Shown one piece after another: positions 1-9,840 of a stretch of 62,527 nucleotides of DNA; the stretch's first letter is position 1; the number at the start of each line of letters is the position of its first letter. The notes beneath the pieces were generated by a model that did no database searches, was not told where the DNA came from, and saw nothing but the letters and a program-made list of their open reading frames with translations. Location: the NCBI GenBank assembly GCA_049968235.1, contig JBMFRC010000017.1, forward strand, positions 1-62,527, written 5' to 3'. Source of the stretch: Candidatus Hydrogenedens sp. (lineage in GTDB: Bacteria; Hydrogenedentota; Hydrogenedentia; Hydrogenedentales; Hydrogenedentaceae). Both the position numbers and the translations under genes were made by a program.

Positions 1-2025
1 GAAATTTCTTTCCTGCCATTTGGCGAAAGGAATTTTCTCATAATCATCTTTCTTATAACTTTGCCAATGAACTCGAACTTCTTTCCCATAATGGAATATT
101 AGATTAAAATCAAATTTATTTGTTTCGGGGTCAAAAGGTGATAAATGATATACTGCTGAACTTTCCTTTTCGGATTTCATATTAGAAATACCGCAGAAAT
201 CGTCTCTTTCATAAGATATAATATTTCGTATGAATTGATTATTAGCAGGTTTGTGACGGTCATCTTGATAAAGAGAAAGTAATTCCGGGTAGCGAGTGCT
301 ATAAGGTGGTTCTTTAGCTTTCATCGCTTCCAATCGTTCATCCATAACATCCCAGCAGTAAGAATCCCAACGGGCATCAATATGAATGGCGGGGATACAA
401 TCTACAAAAATATTATTTTCTACCAGGTTATCTCTTCCCCCTCCAATCATTACACCACAAAGAGGAACACGGTAAATAATGTTCCCATATACAATAACAC
501 CGCTGGTACAGTCATCTAAATATATACCCCAAGCCCATAGAGGCGTCTCATATTGATAATTAAAGCACTCATTATTTGTTGAATCCTCATGTCCAAGTCC
601 AAAACCGTAAACATCATGAATAATATTATTCCGCAGGATATTTCCTCGATTTGTCCAATCTCTTCCCATATAAAAGGCACCTGCATCACCGGTTTCCTGG
701 CATACACGATATATTCTGTTATATTCAATAATATGGTCGTTACCACCTAATATAATTGCTGAATGGGGCGAATCATGGATTTCATTGTTGGCAATACGAT
801 TTGCCACACCATTGATTGAGACTCCTGGATGGTATGTTTTGTGAATTTTTGCAAAATTAAAAATATGATTATTAATAATTTGATGTCCTCCCGGTTCTAA
901 TGTCTTCTTATTCCCACCATTAACTGAAATTCCAGAACCTCCTAATTCAAAGAGGTCACACCCTTCAATTCGATTATTTTTACCACCATTTATCACTCCT
1001 GCGGTTTTATAAATGCCGGAAAATGAACATTTGGCGACCAAGCATTGTTCCGAGTCTTCTATGACAATACCTGTATCATTAGAAGCGAGGAAATTTAATC
1101 CTATAAAGTTTATATATTTAGCATTTTTTATATGTATTATATTGTTTGATGTAGCAAGGATGGGTTTATCTTCTGTTGTTTGTTCTCTAATAGGCATGGA
1201 AAAGTAAAGTTCCTGTGTTTCTTTATCGAAGTACCACTCATTTTCAGTATCGAGTAAAGAAATATGATTCTGCAAAAAGAACCTTCTTCCTTTTTTCGCT
1301 TCATAGTTAAATTCACCATCTATATCTATAATCCCACCTTCTTTTATAGACTTTATTTTTGCTATCTGAAACGCCCAATTGTAATTTGAAAAAGTGGCAA
1401 TTTCGAGGTTCTTTATTTCAATATTTAATAAATTATCAGGTAGGAGAGAGCATTGGAATGCATGTTTGGCTGTTTCAGGAGATACACCTGTTATAAAAGA
1501 CCATATTCCTCCCGGAATTTGTTCGTCGCTCTGATTGGGCCAGCGGGCTAATGTTTGAAGTTTGCCATGATACATTAAAATTCGTGGTTCTGATGCAATG
1601 TCTTCTACCTTTGCTTTATAAATATTACCCTGGAAACTTTCAAAATTCCGAATTTCTTTACCTCCAATAAGATATACTTCCTCCCCTTTATAATTTTGCC
1701 ATACGACAGGGAACTCGTTACTTCCCGAGTCTGCCTCGTTCAATTCTAAGGGTGATGTAAGTTCATATCTACCTTTACGAAGAAGAACGATCCCCCCTTT
1801 TTTTCCTGTGGAGGACATTATTTCTCGAAGTTTATCACGGGCTTTTTCTAATGTCTTAAAGGGTCCATCCATTTTGTTTTCCGTAGGTTCCGGAAGTGTT
1901 CCAGACCAATTATCATTTCCCTGTGGGGAAACATAAAAAATAGGATATTGGACTGAGAAAACACGATTGGATATTAAAAAAATAAAGAAGAAACAAGAAA
2001 TTACAAATAGGAATTTTCTAAACAT
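1..2025 (-). CDS. Secreted right-handed parallel beta-helix repeat protein (pectin-lyase fold). Partial: the C-terminus runs off the window start.
   Basis: ATG at 2025..2023 followed by a signal-peptide-like N-terminus MFRKFLFVISCFFFIFLISNRVFS. Open frame continues to position 1. Repeated beta-helix motifs NNHIFNFAKIHKTYHPGVSINGVANRIANNEIHDSPHSAIILGGNDHIIEYNRIY and GNIIYRVPLCGVMIGGGRDNLVENNIF. Missing from the ORF track because it has no in-window stop. Confidence 0.6.
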   Translation of the reverse strand, partial: MFRKFLFVISCFFFIFLISNRVFSVQYPIFYVSPQGNDNWSGTLPEPTENKMDGPFKTLEKARDKLREIMSSTGKKGGIVLLRKGRYELTSPLELNEADSGSNEFPVVWQNYKGEEVYLIGGKEIRNFESFQGNIYKAKVEDIASEPRILMYHGKLQTLARWPNQSDEQIPGGIWSFITGVSPETAKHAFQCSLLPDNLLNIEIKNLEIATFSNYNWAFQIAKIKSIKEGGIIDIDGEFNYEAKKGRRFFLQNHISLLDTENEWYFDKETQELYFSMPIREQTTEDKPILATSNNIIHIKNAKYINFIGLNFLASNDTGIVIEDSEQCLVAKCSFSGIYKTAGVINGGKNNRIEGCDLFELGGSGISVNGGNKKTLEPGGHQIINNHIFNFAKIHKTYHPGVSINGVANRIANNEIHDSPHSAIILGGNDHIIEYNRIYRVCQETGDAGAFYMGRDWTNRGNILRNNIIHDVYGFGLGHEDSTNNECFNYQYETPLWAWGIYLDDCTSGVIVYGNIIYRVPLCGVMIGGGRDNLVENNIFVDCIPAIHIDARWDSYCWDVMDERLEAMKAKEPPYSTRYPELLSLYQDDRHKPANNQFIRNIISYERDDFCGISNMKSEKESSAVYHLSPFDPETNKFDFNLIFHYGKEVRVHWQSYKKDDYEKIPFAKWQERNF

Positions 2026-2036
2026 TTTCTATTCCT

Positions 2037-3065
2037 TCATTTTATGGAAGATTTCATACTTGTTGTGATAGTACTTTTTATCGTAGATAATTTTTTTAAT
2101 AATTTTATGTATTCCTGTGGGACAACAGGATGGCGGATTAATTTATCTTCCTCTTCCCAGAGGTTTTTAAACCATATTAGAGATTTTTCTTCTCCCAATA
2201 TATTGCAAAAAGCATTCAAAAAATCAAGAGGTTCATCGGGCATTAGTGAGAATTTGTTCGTTCCCCAACGCCATGATGTTGTCATAATTTTAGATATTAA
2301 TTCGTGCGGGGAGATAGGTTTGATTATTTTTCGACAGGCAATAAGTTTAATCCGATGTTGTCCTGAAGGACTCCTTTTGATAACAAAATCACCTGAGGCA
2401 ATTTCAGGAAGAGCGATACTGGTTTTTTTCTTTTCATCATAAAGATGAATAATTGTTTCAATAATCTTTGTTTTTATCCAGTTGGTTTCTTCTATGGAGA
2501 AAGTATGAGGATTGGAAACATTTGTAAAAAACTGCAAATTTTTATTTATTCCCAATTCATCAAATTCATTCAACCATTGTGTTAAGTATGCATATATTTT
2601 CCGATGAAATTCTTTGCGGTTGTGTCTGTCTGGAAAGAACAAGTAATCTCCAGAAAAAGGTTTGACTACAAGTGCGGGACATTTTTTGTTAAGGATAAGT
2701 AAGTGTTGATGTTCCGATTTTGCTACTTTTGAAAATTCTTCTCCATCTTTTGCAACCACAAGGGCGAAATGGGCTTGTTTGAACTTCTGATTTTCCGCTT
2801 TTAAGTGAAATATAAACTGATATTTCCCTTCCTGAAACAAGTGTATTTTTAAACTGGTAATAGAAGCATTTCCTAAAACTTTTTGAATGGATGGTAAAAT
2901 AAATTTATCTTTACCGCAAAGATAATTATTGAACGAATTTACTAATGTATCAAATTGATAAAATCGTTTGAGTTCATTACCCCAGTAGTCGAAAAGCGGT
3001 CTAAAACCTGACCATAAAATTTTCATTGATGTTTTATTGAACTTTGATTGTGCTAATTTTTTCAT
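2037..3065 (-). CDS. Hypothetical protein, 342 aa, co-directional with and 12 nt upstream of the beta-helix gene.
   Basis: Intact ORF with an ATG start. I recognise no diagnostic motif. Confidence 0.4.
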   Translation of the reverse strand: MKKLAQSKFNKTSMKILWSGFRPLFDYWGNELKRFYQFDTLVNSFNNYLCGKDKFILPSIQKVLGNASITSLKIHLFQEGKYQFIFHLKAENQKFKQAHFALVVAKDGEEFSKVAKSEHQHLLILNKKCPALVVKPFSGDYLFFPDRHNRKEFHRKIYAYLTQWLNEFDELGINKNLQFFTNVSNPHTFSIEETNWIKTKIIETIIHLYDEKKKTSIALPEIASGDFVIKRSPSGQHRIKLIACRKIIKPISPHELISKIMTTSWRWGTNKFSLMPDEPLDFLNAFCNILGEEKSLIWFKNLWEEEDKLIRHPVVPQEYIKLLKKLSTIKSTITTSMKSSIK

Positions 3066-3285
3066 GAAATGATAAGCCTATCTTTTATTTATTCCCTTTT
3101 ACAAAAAAGTGTGTTCTATCTTCTGATAGTGAAATTATAATACTTTATGTGGTATGCTTTCTCATTCGTCTTTCAATATCAGAAATATCAAAACCTCTGT
3201 ATCCAGAATATATACAATTCCGTTTTTATAATAAAACGAATTTTGGTAAAAATCGAAACGAAATAAACTCCCCTTTGGTTGTAAT

Positions 3286-4125
3286 ATGTCTAAAAAAGAG
3301 ATTTATAGTATAACCTTTTTATTAATTTTATTTATAGGAATAGCTTCTTTTGCAGATAAAGAACATTGGGTAGATATTCAGCAAAAAGATAAAAATATTA
3401 TTACGAAACAAAGATTTGAAATTTTAGTAAATATAAAAGCAGAGAAAGAAGAGAAGCCATACTGTTTCTTCCCCCCTGAATTCGAAAATAACAATGAAAA
3501 TTTATCTCTGGATATTAAGAAAATGGGAACACGGGAATCGGAGCGTGAGGTAAATCTGGAAGTATGTGTTGAGGGGATTGCTCAAGAAGCAGGGGAATAT
3601 ACAATAGGTCCTTTGAAAATTCCTTATATCTTACTTTCTGCGGATATGGAAACCGAGTTTATAAAAGATAATACACGAGTTATACCTACTTCTTATTGGG
3701 AAGTGCCTTCCTTACAAATTAAGGTAAGAGATGAACGATTTTTCAAATATAAAAGATATGTATATACATTTAGTGGGATTATTCTATTTTTTATTGTATC
3801 CTTATTTTCTTTTCTGCTTTATAGAAATAGAAACAAAAAACAACCGATGAGAACAACAATCACAGTGAGTGATTCTCTACATGTGGCGAGGAAGTATAGA
3901 TTAGATGGCAATTATTATGAATACTTAAAAATACTACATGAAATTGTAAAAAGGTTGCAGACCAGTAAAGAAAATGCAGAACTGCTAAGTTTAGAAGAAA
4001 AATTAAAAGAAAAAATAAATGAAGTGGGTTATAAAGGGAGTGTCCCCACAGAGCAAGAATTGGATTTTTTCTGGAAAGAACTAACAAACAGTATTTCTGT
4101 TTATGAAGATAAAAAGAGTGAATGA
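3286..4125 (+). CDS. Hypothetical type-I membrane protein (signal peptide, extracellular domain, one TM, cytoplasmic tail). First gene of the Bat/MoxR operon.
   Basis: N-terminal MSKKEIYSITFLLILFIGIASFA; internal TM YTFSGIILFFIVSLFSFLLY followed by RNRNKK. Directly upstream of the MoxR ATPase with a 34-nt gap. Confidence 0.45.
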   Translation: MSKKEIYSITFLLILFIGIASFADKEHWVDIQQKDKNIITKQRFEILVNIKAEKEEKPYCFFPPEFENNNENLSLDIKKMGTRESEREVNLEVCVEGIAQEAGEYTIGPLKIPYILLSADMETEFIKDNTRVIPTSYWEVPSLQIKVRDERFFKYKRYVYTFSGIILFFIVSLFSFLLYRNRNKKQPMRTTITVSDSLHVARKYRLDGNYYEYLKILHEIVKRLQTSKENAELLSLEEKLKEKINEVGYKGSVPTEQELDFFWKELTNSISVYEDKKSE

Positions 4126-4159
4126 TGACTTTTATTAAACATAAGAAAGGAGACAATTT

Positions 4160-5146
4160 ATGTCGATAAGCGTTCAAGCAATTCGAGCACGAGTGGAACG
4201 ATATGCAGATATATTATCGCATGTACAGAATGAAATAGGAAAAGTTATTGTTGGACAACAATATATGATAGGACGTATGTTAGTTGGATTGTTAGCCAAT
4301 GGACATGTTCTTTTAGAAGGAGTTCCGGGTCTCGCCAAAACCACTGCAGTAAATACTCTCGCAAAAACCTTAGATTGTTCCTTTCATCGTATCCAATTTA
4401 CTCCAGACCTATTACCTGCAGATTTGATAGGAACATTGGTATATAACCCTAAAACGGGTGAATTTACCACTAAAAAAGGACCTGTTTTCGGCAATATTAT
4501 CTTAGCAGATGAAATTAATCGTGCACCGGCAAAAGTGCAAAGTGCTCTGTTAGAAGCAATGCAAGAGAGACAGGTTACCATTGGCGATAATACTTATAAA
4601 TTGGAAGAACCTTTTATGGTTCTTGCCACGCAAAATCCTATTGAGCAAGAAGGCACATACCCATTACCAGAAGCACAGGTTGACCGATTCATGCTTAAAT
4701 TAAAAGTTACATATCCTAATAGAAATGAAGAAAAAACAATTCTCGAAAGAATCGATTTGCTTCATCAACCGAGTGTCTCAACAATACTTTCAAAGCAACA
4801 AGTATTGGAAATGAGAGAAGTCGTAAATCAAATCTATGTAGATGAGAAAATTAAAAATTATATAGTTGATATTGTTCAAACAACAAGAAACCCGGATTTA
4901 TTCGGATTAAAAATAAACCATCTAATTGAATATGGTGCATCTCCGCGTGCTTCATTATATTTACAACAAACAGCCAGGGCATGGGCATTTTTACAGGGAG
5001 AAGGGAATGTTTTCCCTCATGATATAAAAACAATGGCTCCGGATGTCTTACGCCATCGTATAAAAGTTTCTTATGAAGCAGAAGCAGAAAATATTACAAG
5101 CGAAGATATTATTCAGAAAATACTTGACCATGTTCCTGTTCCATAA
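4160..5146 (+). CDS. MoxR-family AAA+ ATPase (AAA_3).
   Basis: VGQQYMIGRMLVGLLANGHVLLEGVPGLAKT (Walker A), ILADEINRAPAKVQSALLEAMQERQVTI (Walker B / sensor region), 328 aa. Shine-Dalgarno AAGGAG upstream. Confidence 0.9.
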   Translation: MSISVQAIRARVERYADILSHVQNEIGKVIVGQQYMIGRMLVGLLANGHVLLEGVPGLAKTTAVNTLAKTLDCSFHRIQFTPDLLPADLIGTLVYNPKTGEFTTKKGPVFGNIILADEINRAPAKVQSALLEAMQERQVTIGDNTYKLEEPFMVLATQNPIEQEGTYPLPEAQVDRFMLKLKVTYPNRNEEKTILERIDLLHQPSVSTILSKQQVLEMREVVNQIYVDEKIKNYIVDIVQTTRNPDLFGLKINHLIEYGASPRASLYLQQTARAWAFLQGEGNVFPHDIKTMAPDVLRHRIKVSYEAEAENITSEDIIQKILDHVPVP

Positions 5147-5155
5147 AAAGGCATT

Positions 5156-6046
5156 ATGGATAATATGTTAACAGCAGAAATGTTAGCCAAAGTCCGAAGA
5201 ATACAAATTCGGACTACCAAATTAGTAAATGATATTCTTGCCGGAAGATATGAAAGTGTCTTCCGTGGGCAGGGAGTTGAATTTAAGGAAGTGCGTGAAT
5301 ATGTGCCGGGGGATGATGTCCGTAATATTGATTGGAATGTTACTGCACGAACAGGTAGTCCCCATGTAAAAGTACTAACAGAAGAACGCGAACTTACTAT
5401 TATGCTCGTAGTAGATGCCAGTGGCTCACAAAGGTTCGGTTCTGTTTCTCAATTCAAATTAGAATTATCTGCTGAAGTGTGTGCGGTTCTTGCTTTCTCT
5501 GCTATTCAAAATAATGATAAGGTAGGTCTTGTTGTATTCACAGATGAGGTCGAGTTATTTTTGCCTCCACGGAAAGGAAGAAAATATGGATTAAGGGTTA
5601 TTCGTGAGGTTTTGTATCATGAACCCAAAAGTAAAAAGACCAATATAAATAAGTCTCTGGAATTTTTATCCCAAATCTTGAAACGCAGGTCTGTTATATT
5701 TATATTGTCTGATTTTAAAGATGAGCAATATGAAAAAACACTGAGAGTCCTTGCCCGCAGACATGATGTTATAGCCTGTATGATAACAGACCCGAGAGAA
5801 TTATCTCTGCCCGATATAGGTCTTATTACAGTTACTGATTCGGAAAGCGGAAAAGAAATTATTATTGATACAGGGAATGCAAAGTCTCGGGAGAGATACG
5901 CTACCCAAGCAAAAATGGAATATGAAAAGAAAAAGAAACTTTTGCTCCAATCAGGTGCGGAGTTTTTAGATATCCGAACAGATAAACCTTATATTGATGA
6001 ATTATATCGTTTCTTCCGTGCTCGTGAACGGAATTCAAACCGTTAA
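5156..6046 (+). CDS. DUF58 family protein (vWA-like, MoxR partner).
   Basis: FKEVREYVPGDDVRNIDWNVTARTG and LVVDASGSQRFGS, which are classic DUF58 motifs. 9-nt gap after the MoxR gene. Confidence 0.85.
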   Translation: MDNMLTAEMLAKVRRIQIRTTKLVNDILAGRYESVFRGQGVEFKEVREYVPGDDVRNIDWNVTARTGSPHVKVLTEERELTIMLVVDASGSQRFGSVSQFKLELSAEVCAVLAFSAIQNNDKVGLVVFTDEVELFLPPRKGRKYGLRVIREVLYHEPKSKKTNINKSLEFLSQILKRRSVIFILSDFKDEQYEKTLRVLARRHDVIACMITDPRELSLPDIGLITVTDSESGKEIIIDTGNAKSRERYATQAKMEYEKKKKLLLQSGAEFLDIRTDKPYIDELYRFFRARERNSNR

Positions 6047-6077
6047 AGAAGGATAATAAAAAAGAAATATTATTGCT

Positions 6078-6992
6078 ATGACATTTTTAAATATTTTTAT
6101 TAATATATGTCTTTTTGCAGTATCCGCAGGGGATGTAGGTGTTGAATTGTATAATCCCCGTATCCCATGGTTTCGTTCTTCTGAATATGTTATTCGAAAT
6201 TATGAAGTGGACAATAAAAATTGCCCTGAATGGAAAAATTTGTATGAAGAAATAGAGATTACAGAAAAACCAATAATAGGGGCTGAACATGAAGGATGTG
6301 TTAAAAAGGTTATTATTGACCCTATAAAATCAGGTAAGTATTTGATACCTTCATCTGTTGTAAAAAATAAAGAGGGGAAGGAATGGGAGACTTCTTCATT
6401 CGTTCTGGATGTTCGAGAACCTACTGATAAGGAAAAGGAAGAAATACAAAATATTGCAGGAATTATTGAACCCCAAATTGGGAATACTTACAAGAATCTA
6501 ATTGTAAATAGTTTGTTGGTTATTTCCCTTTTAATTGCTGTTGCATGTTCTATTTATTTATGGAAGAGATATTATATTAAGGGTAAAAGTATTGAAGAAA
6601 AGGTGGAACTACCGTGGGAAAAAGCATTCCGAAGATTGAGAGACCTGAAAGCAAAGGATTTGCCTTCTCAAAGTTTGTATGAACCTTATTATGTCCAATT
6701 AACATGGATACTTCGTTATTATATTGAAGACCGATTTAATATTCATGCTCCGGAACAAACTACTCAGGAGTTTATTGAAACCACCATGAAAGAAAAGGTC
6801 CTTACATCAGAGCAACAAAAATTGCTGTATTCCTTTTTAAGCCATTGCGATAAAGTGAAATTTGCTCAATTTGTTCCGACCATTGAACAAATGGAAGCAG
6901 GATATAATTTGGTGTGGAATTTTATTGAAGACACAAAGTTAAAGGAACAACCAAAAGAAGAAGGAAATCAACAGAATAGGGTATTACAGTGA
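6078..6992 (+). CDS. DUF4381-like membrane protein (signal peptide, TM, cytoplasmic xPExTxxEF domain).
   Basis: TM LIVNSLLVISLLIAVACSIYLW, then PWEKAFRRLRDLKAKDL...HAPEQTTQEFIE. Position between DUF58 and batA matches the canonical Bat operon order. Confidence 0.5.
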   Translation: MTFLNIFINICLFAVSAGDVGVELYNPRIPWFRSSEYVIRNYEVDNKNCPEWKNLYEEIEITEKPIIGAEHEGCVKKVIIDPIKSGKYLIPSSVVKNKEGKEWETSSFVLDVREPTDKEKEEIQNIAGIIEPQIGNTYKNLIVNSLLVISLLIAVACSIYLWKRYYIKGKSIEEKVELPWEKAFRRLRDLKAKDLPSQSLYEPYYVQLTWILRYYIEDRFNIHAPEQTTQEFIETTMKEKVLTSEQQKLLYSFLSHCDKVKFAQFVPTIEQMEAGYNLVWNFIEDTKLKEQPKEEGNQQNRVLQ

Positions 6993-8026
6993 TATTTTCA
7001 TACTTTCAAAATAAAGGTATTTTTTTTACATATCCTTACTTCTTTTTGTTTTTAATTCCTGCCCTTATCCTTTTCTTGTTTGAAATAAAAAGGAAAAGTA
7101 CCGCTTCTATTCTCTTTTCTTCGTATTCATTATTATCTGGCTGGGGAATTGATACCATGCATTGGCGGAGGTGGATAGGTCCATTATTATCATTTCTGGC
7201 TTTTAGTTGCTTTATCACAGCATTAGCAGGACCCACTTATGGAGTTAAATTAAACAGGGATAGAGCCAATGTCATTGACATTATGTTATGTCTGGATATT
7301 TCTGGAAGTATGAGCCAACAAGACTATATGTTAGGTGGAATGCCAAGAGACCGCTTATATGTGGCTAAAAAATCTGCTATTCATTTTATAGAACAAAGAA
7401 AAGAAAATAAGAATGACCGATTTGGATTAGACCGAATTGGATTGATACTTTTTGCAGGTGTGGCATGGACACGCTGTCCATTAACATTAGATTATGAAAT
7501 TTTGTTGCAGGCATTGAACAAGACAGATTTTGCTCCACAAGAAAAAGATGGAACTGCTATAGGTTCTGCATTAGGGCTTGCTGTTCGCCGGTTATTACAA
7601 AGTGAAGCCAAAAGCAAAGTAGTTATTTTATTGACAGATGGCATCAATAATCGGGGAGATATAACCCCTAAAGAAGCAAAAGAATTGGCAAAAGAAAAGG
7701 GTATTAAAGTATATACAATTGGAGCAGGAACTTCAGAAACGGGTTATTCAATAACAACAACCGGACAGATGATAAGAAACCAATCTATAGATGAAACACT
7801 ATTGCGAGAGATAGCAGAGGAAACAGGCGGAAAGTATTATCGTGCTACCGATATGGAGGGGCTTATGAAAGCATACGATGAAATCAGCCAATTAGAAGCG
7901 ACAGAAATAGATGTAAATGATTTTTATGAATACAAAGAAAATTTTTTACCTTTTGTAATTATAGGTGCGTTGTTGATGTTAGCATCTACTTACTCACGAC
8001 GGATTTTATGGGACCCGTTGCCATGA
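6989..8026 (+). CDS. batA: BatA-like von Willebrand factor A domain membrane protein.
   Basis: N-terminal TMs FFLFLIPALILFLFEIKRK. vWA MIDAS LCLDISGSM...LLTDGINN...YTIGAG. C-terminal TM. Probable GTG start overlapping the upstream stop (GTGA). Confidence 0.7.
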   Translation: MIFSYFQNKGIFFTYPYFFLFLIPALILFLFEIKRKSTASILFSSYSLLSGWGIDTMHWRRWIGPLLSFLAFSCFITALAGPTYGVKLNRDRANVIDIMLCLDISGSMSQQDYMLGGMPRDRLYVAKKSAIHFIEQRKENKNDRFGLDRIGLILFAGVAWTRCPLTLDYEILLQALNKTDFAPQEKDGTAIGSALGLAVRRLLQSEAKSKVVILLTDGINNRGDITPKEAKELAKEKGIKVYTIGAGTSETGYSITTTGQMIRNQSIDETLLREIAEETGGKYYRATDMEGLMKAYDEISQLEATEIDVNDFYEYKENFLPFVIIGALLMLASTYSRRILWDPLP

Positions 8027-8053
8027 GTAAAGGAGTAAGGAGTTTATAAACAA

Positions 8054-9118
8054 ATGTATTTTGTGTTTCCTTGGAAATATCTGCCTATCTGGATTTTGAT
8101 TACTTTAATATTGACGGGATTGATAAGTATATCTTTATTCTGGATGGAAAAGAGACGTAATATAAAGATTCATAAGTTTGGTGAGATGTTATTAACAAAG
8201 CGTTTAATACAGGGTTTTAGACCCTGGCTTCGGAAAGTAAGTATTATTACTGTAGTGCTTGGTTTTTTCTTTATTGTTTTAACTTTAGCACAGCCTCATT
8301 GGGGCGCTTCATGGGAAAAAACGCAGAAGTTAAGTAGAGATATATTATTTGTAATTGATACATCTGAGAGTATGCTGGCAGATGACTTACCTCCCAACCG
8401 TTTAGAAAGAGCACGACAGAAAGCCTTTCTTCTGATGGACCGTTGTGCCGGTGACCGATTTGGTATTATTGCATTTGCAGGCGAATCGGCACTGGTCTGT
8501 CCTTTAACATTAGACCATGGTTATGTAAAAACAATTCTTCGTTCACTGAATACAGATATGTTAAGCAAAGAAGGAACAGATATTTCAGAAGCCTTCAATG
8601 AAGTAGAGCAGGTATTCAAAGAGGATATTAAAAAGTCTGGGAAAGAAGACAAATATGCAAGAGCAGTTGTCGTTATAAGTGATGGGGAAGACCTTTCTGA
8701 AAATGCTGAAAAAAAAGCGGAAGCACTCGGAGAAAATATTTTTTTAGTCATTGTTGGAATGGCAACTCCTCAAGGGGCTGAAATTAAATTTCCTGAATGG
8801 ATGAAAAGGTATGTTAAAACTTCTAATATCAATCTCACACATAAATCTGTTTTAGATGAGAAGAAACTAAAAGAAATAGCCTTAAAAGGAAAAGGTTTTT
8901 ACATAAGAACTACTATGGACGATACAGATGTTAATATGATATTAGGAGAGTTAGAAAAAATACGAATGTTTTATCAGACAGATACATTGAGGTATCAGAA
9001 GGTAAATCGCTATCGTTGGCCTTTATCCATTGCTTGTATTTTCTTTGTCTGTGAAACAGCGATATGGATAATTTTGTCCTCAAAAAAGAAAATAGATACA
9101 CAAGTAGAGAAGATATGA
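8054..9118 (+). CDS. batB: BatB-like von Willebrand factor A domain membrane protein.
   Basis: N-terminal TMs. vWA FVIDTSESM...VVVISDGED...FLVIVG. C-terminal TM. Shine-Dalgarno AAGGAG. Confidence 0.7.
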   Translation: MYFVFPWKYLPIWILITLILTGLISISLFWMEKRRNIKIHKFGEMLLTKRLIQGFRPWLRKVSIITVVLGFFFIVLTLAQPHWGASWEKTQKLSRDILFVIDTSESMLADDLPPNRLERARQKAFLLMDRCAGDRFGIIAFAGESALVCPLTLDHGYVKTILRSLNTDMLSKEGTDISEAFNEVEQVFKEDIKKSGKEDKYARAVVVISDGEDLSENAEKKAEALGENIFLVIVGMATPQGAEIKFPEWMKRYVKTSNINLTHKSVLDEKKLKEIALKGKGFYIRTTMDDTDVNMILGELEKIRMFYQTDTLRYQKVNRYRWPLSIACIFFVCETAIWIILSSKKKIDTQVEKI

Positions 9119-9122
9119 AAAC

Positions 9123-9839
9123 ATGACAAGTTGTTTTATCCAAATGCATAATAAAAAGATTATGTTAGTTGTACTGGTAAGTTTTGTTTTCGGTTTTTAC
9201 TGTGATGCAGAAGATATAAAAAGTATCTGGAAATCATCACGAGAGAAGATTATAAAAGGTGAATTTGAAGAGTCCTGGAAAGAATATGAAGAATTATTGG
9301 TAAAAAGTCCCAAAAATTATGAGGTAGTATTTGGAGCCGGATGTTTAAAGTACTATCAGGCAGAGAAAAGTATAAGTTTACAGCAATTCGATGATGCGAA
9401 AAACCTTGTTAAAGATGCAGAACACTATTTTGATTCAGCAGTTCAGTTATCTAAAACCACAGATAAGAAAGCAGACGGTTTATATAATAAAGGGAATTGC
9501 AATTTATTAATAGCAAATGCACAAAAAGAAAATCCTCAATTATTGGATGAATGTATAAACTACTATAGAAATGCTATTCGTTATTATCGAGAAGCATTGG
9601 AGAATAAATCTAATTTCCCAGAAGCGAAAAAAAATTTAGAACATGCTCTATTTCAACTAAAACAGTTAATTCAAAAGAAAGAAAATAATAAGAATGAGAA
9701 TAAGCAGGATTCCCAATCCGATAAAGAACAAAAATTCAAAACGGTGTTTGTAGAAACGAAAACTGATTATCCCGATGCAGAAGTTCGTGTTTTAGAGGAA
9801 CAACCTAATGTTGTAGAGTTAAAAAAGAAGGGTAATTAA
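9123..9839 (+). CDS. batC: BatC-like TPR-repeat protein.
   Basis: Signal-peptide-like N-terminus. Helical TPR-like repeats (YNKGNCNLLIANAQ..., YYRNAIRYYREALE). Position after batB. Confidence 0.55.
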   Translation: MTSCFIQMHNKKIMLVVLVSFVFGFYCDAEDIKSIWKSSREKIIKGEFEESWKEYEELLVKSPKNYEVVFGAGCLKYYQAEKSISLQQFDDAKNLVKDAEHYFDSAVQLSKTTDKKADGLYNKGNCNLLIANAQKENPQLLDECINYYRNAIRYYREALENKSNFPEAKKNLEHALFQLKQLIQKKENNKNENKQDSQSDKEQKFKTVFVETKTDYPDAEVRVLEEQPNVVELKKKGN

Positions 9840-9840
9840 T

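Noticed and set aside
516-1319. Small ORFs 516..746(-), 1013..1207(+) and 1137..1319(-).
   Set aside because: All lie inside, or antisense to, the long beta-helix gene 1..2025(-), which the track omitted because it has no in-window stop.
2044-2442. 132-aa plus-strand ORF.
   Set aside because: Antisense to the 3-prime end of the better-supported 2037..3065(-) gene. No Shine-Dalgarno.
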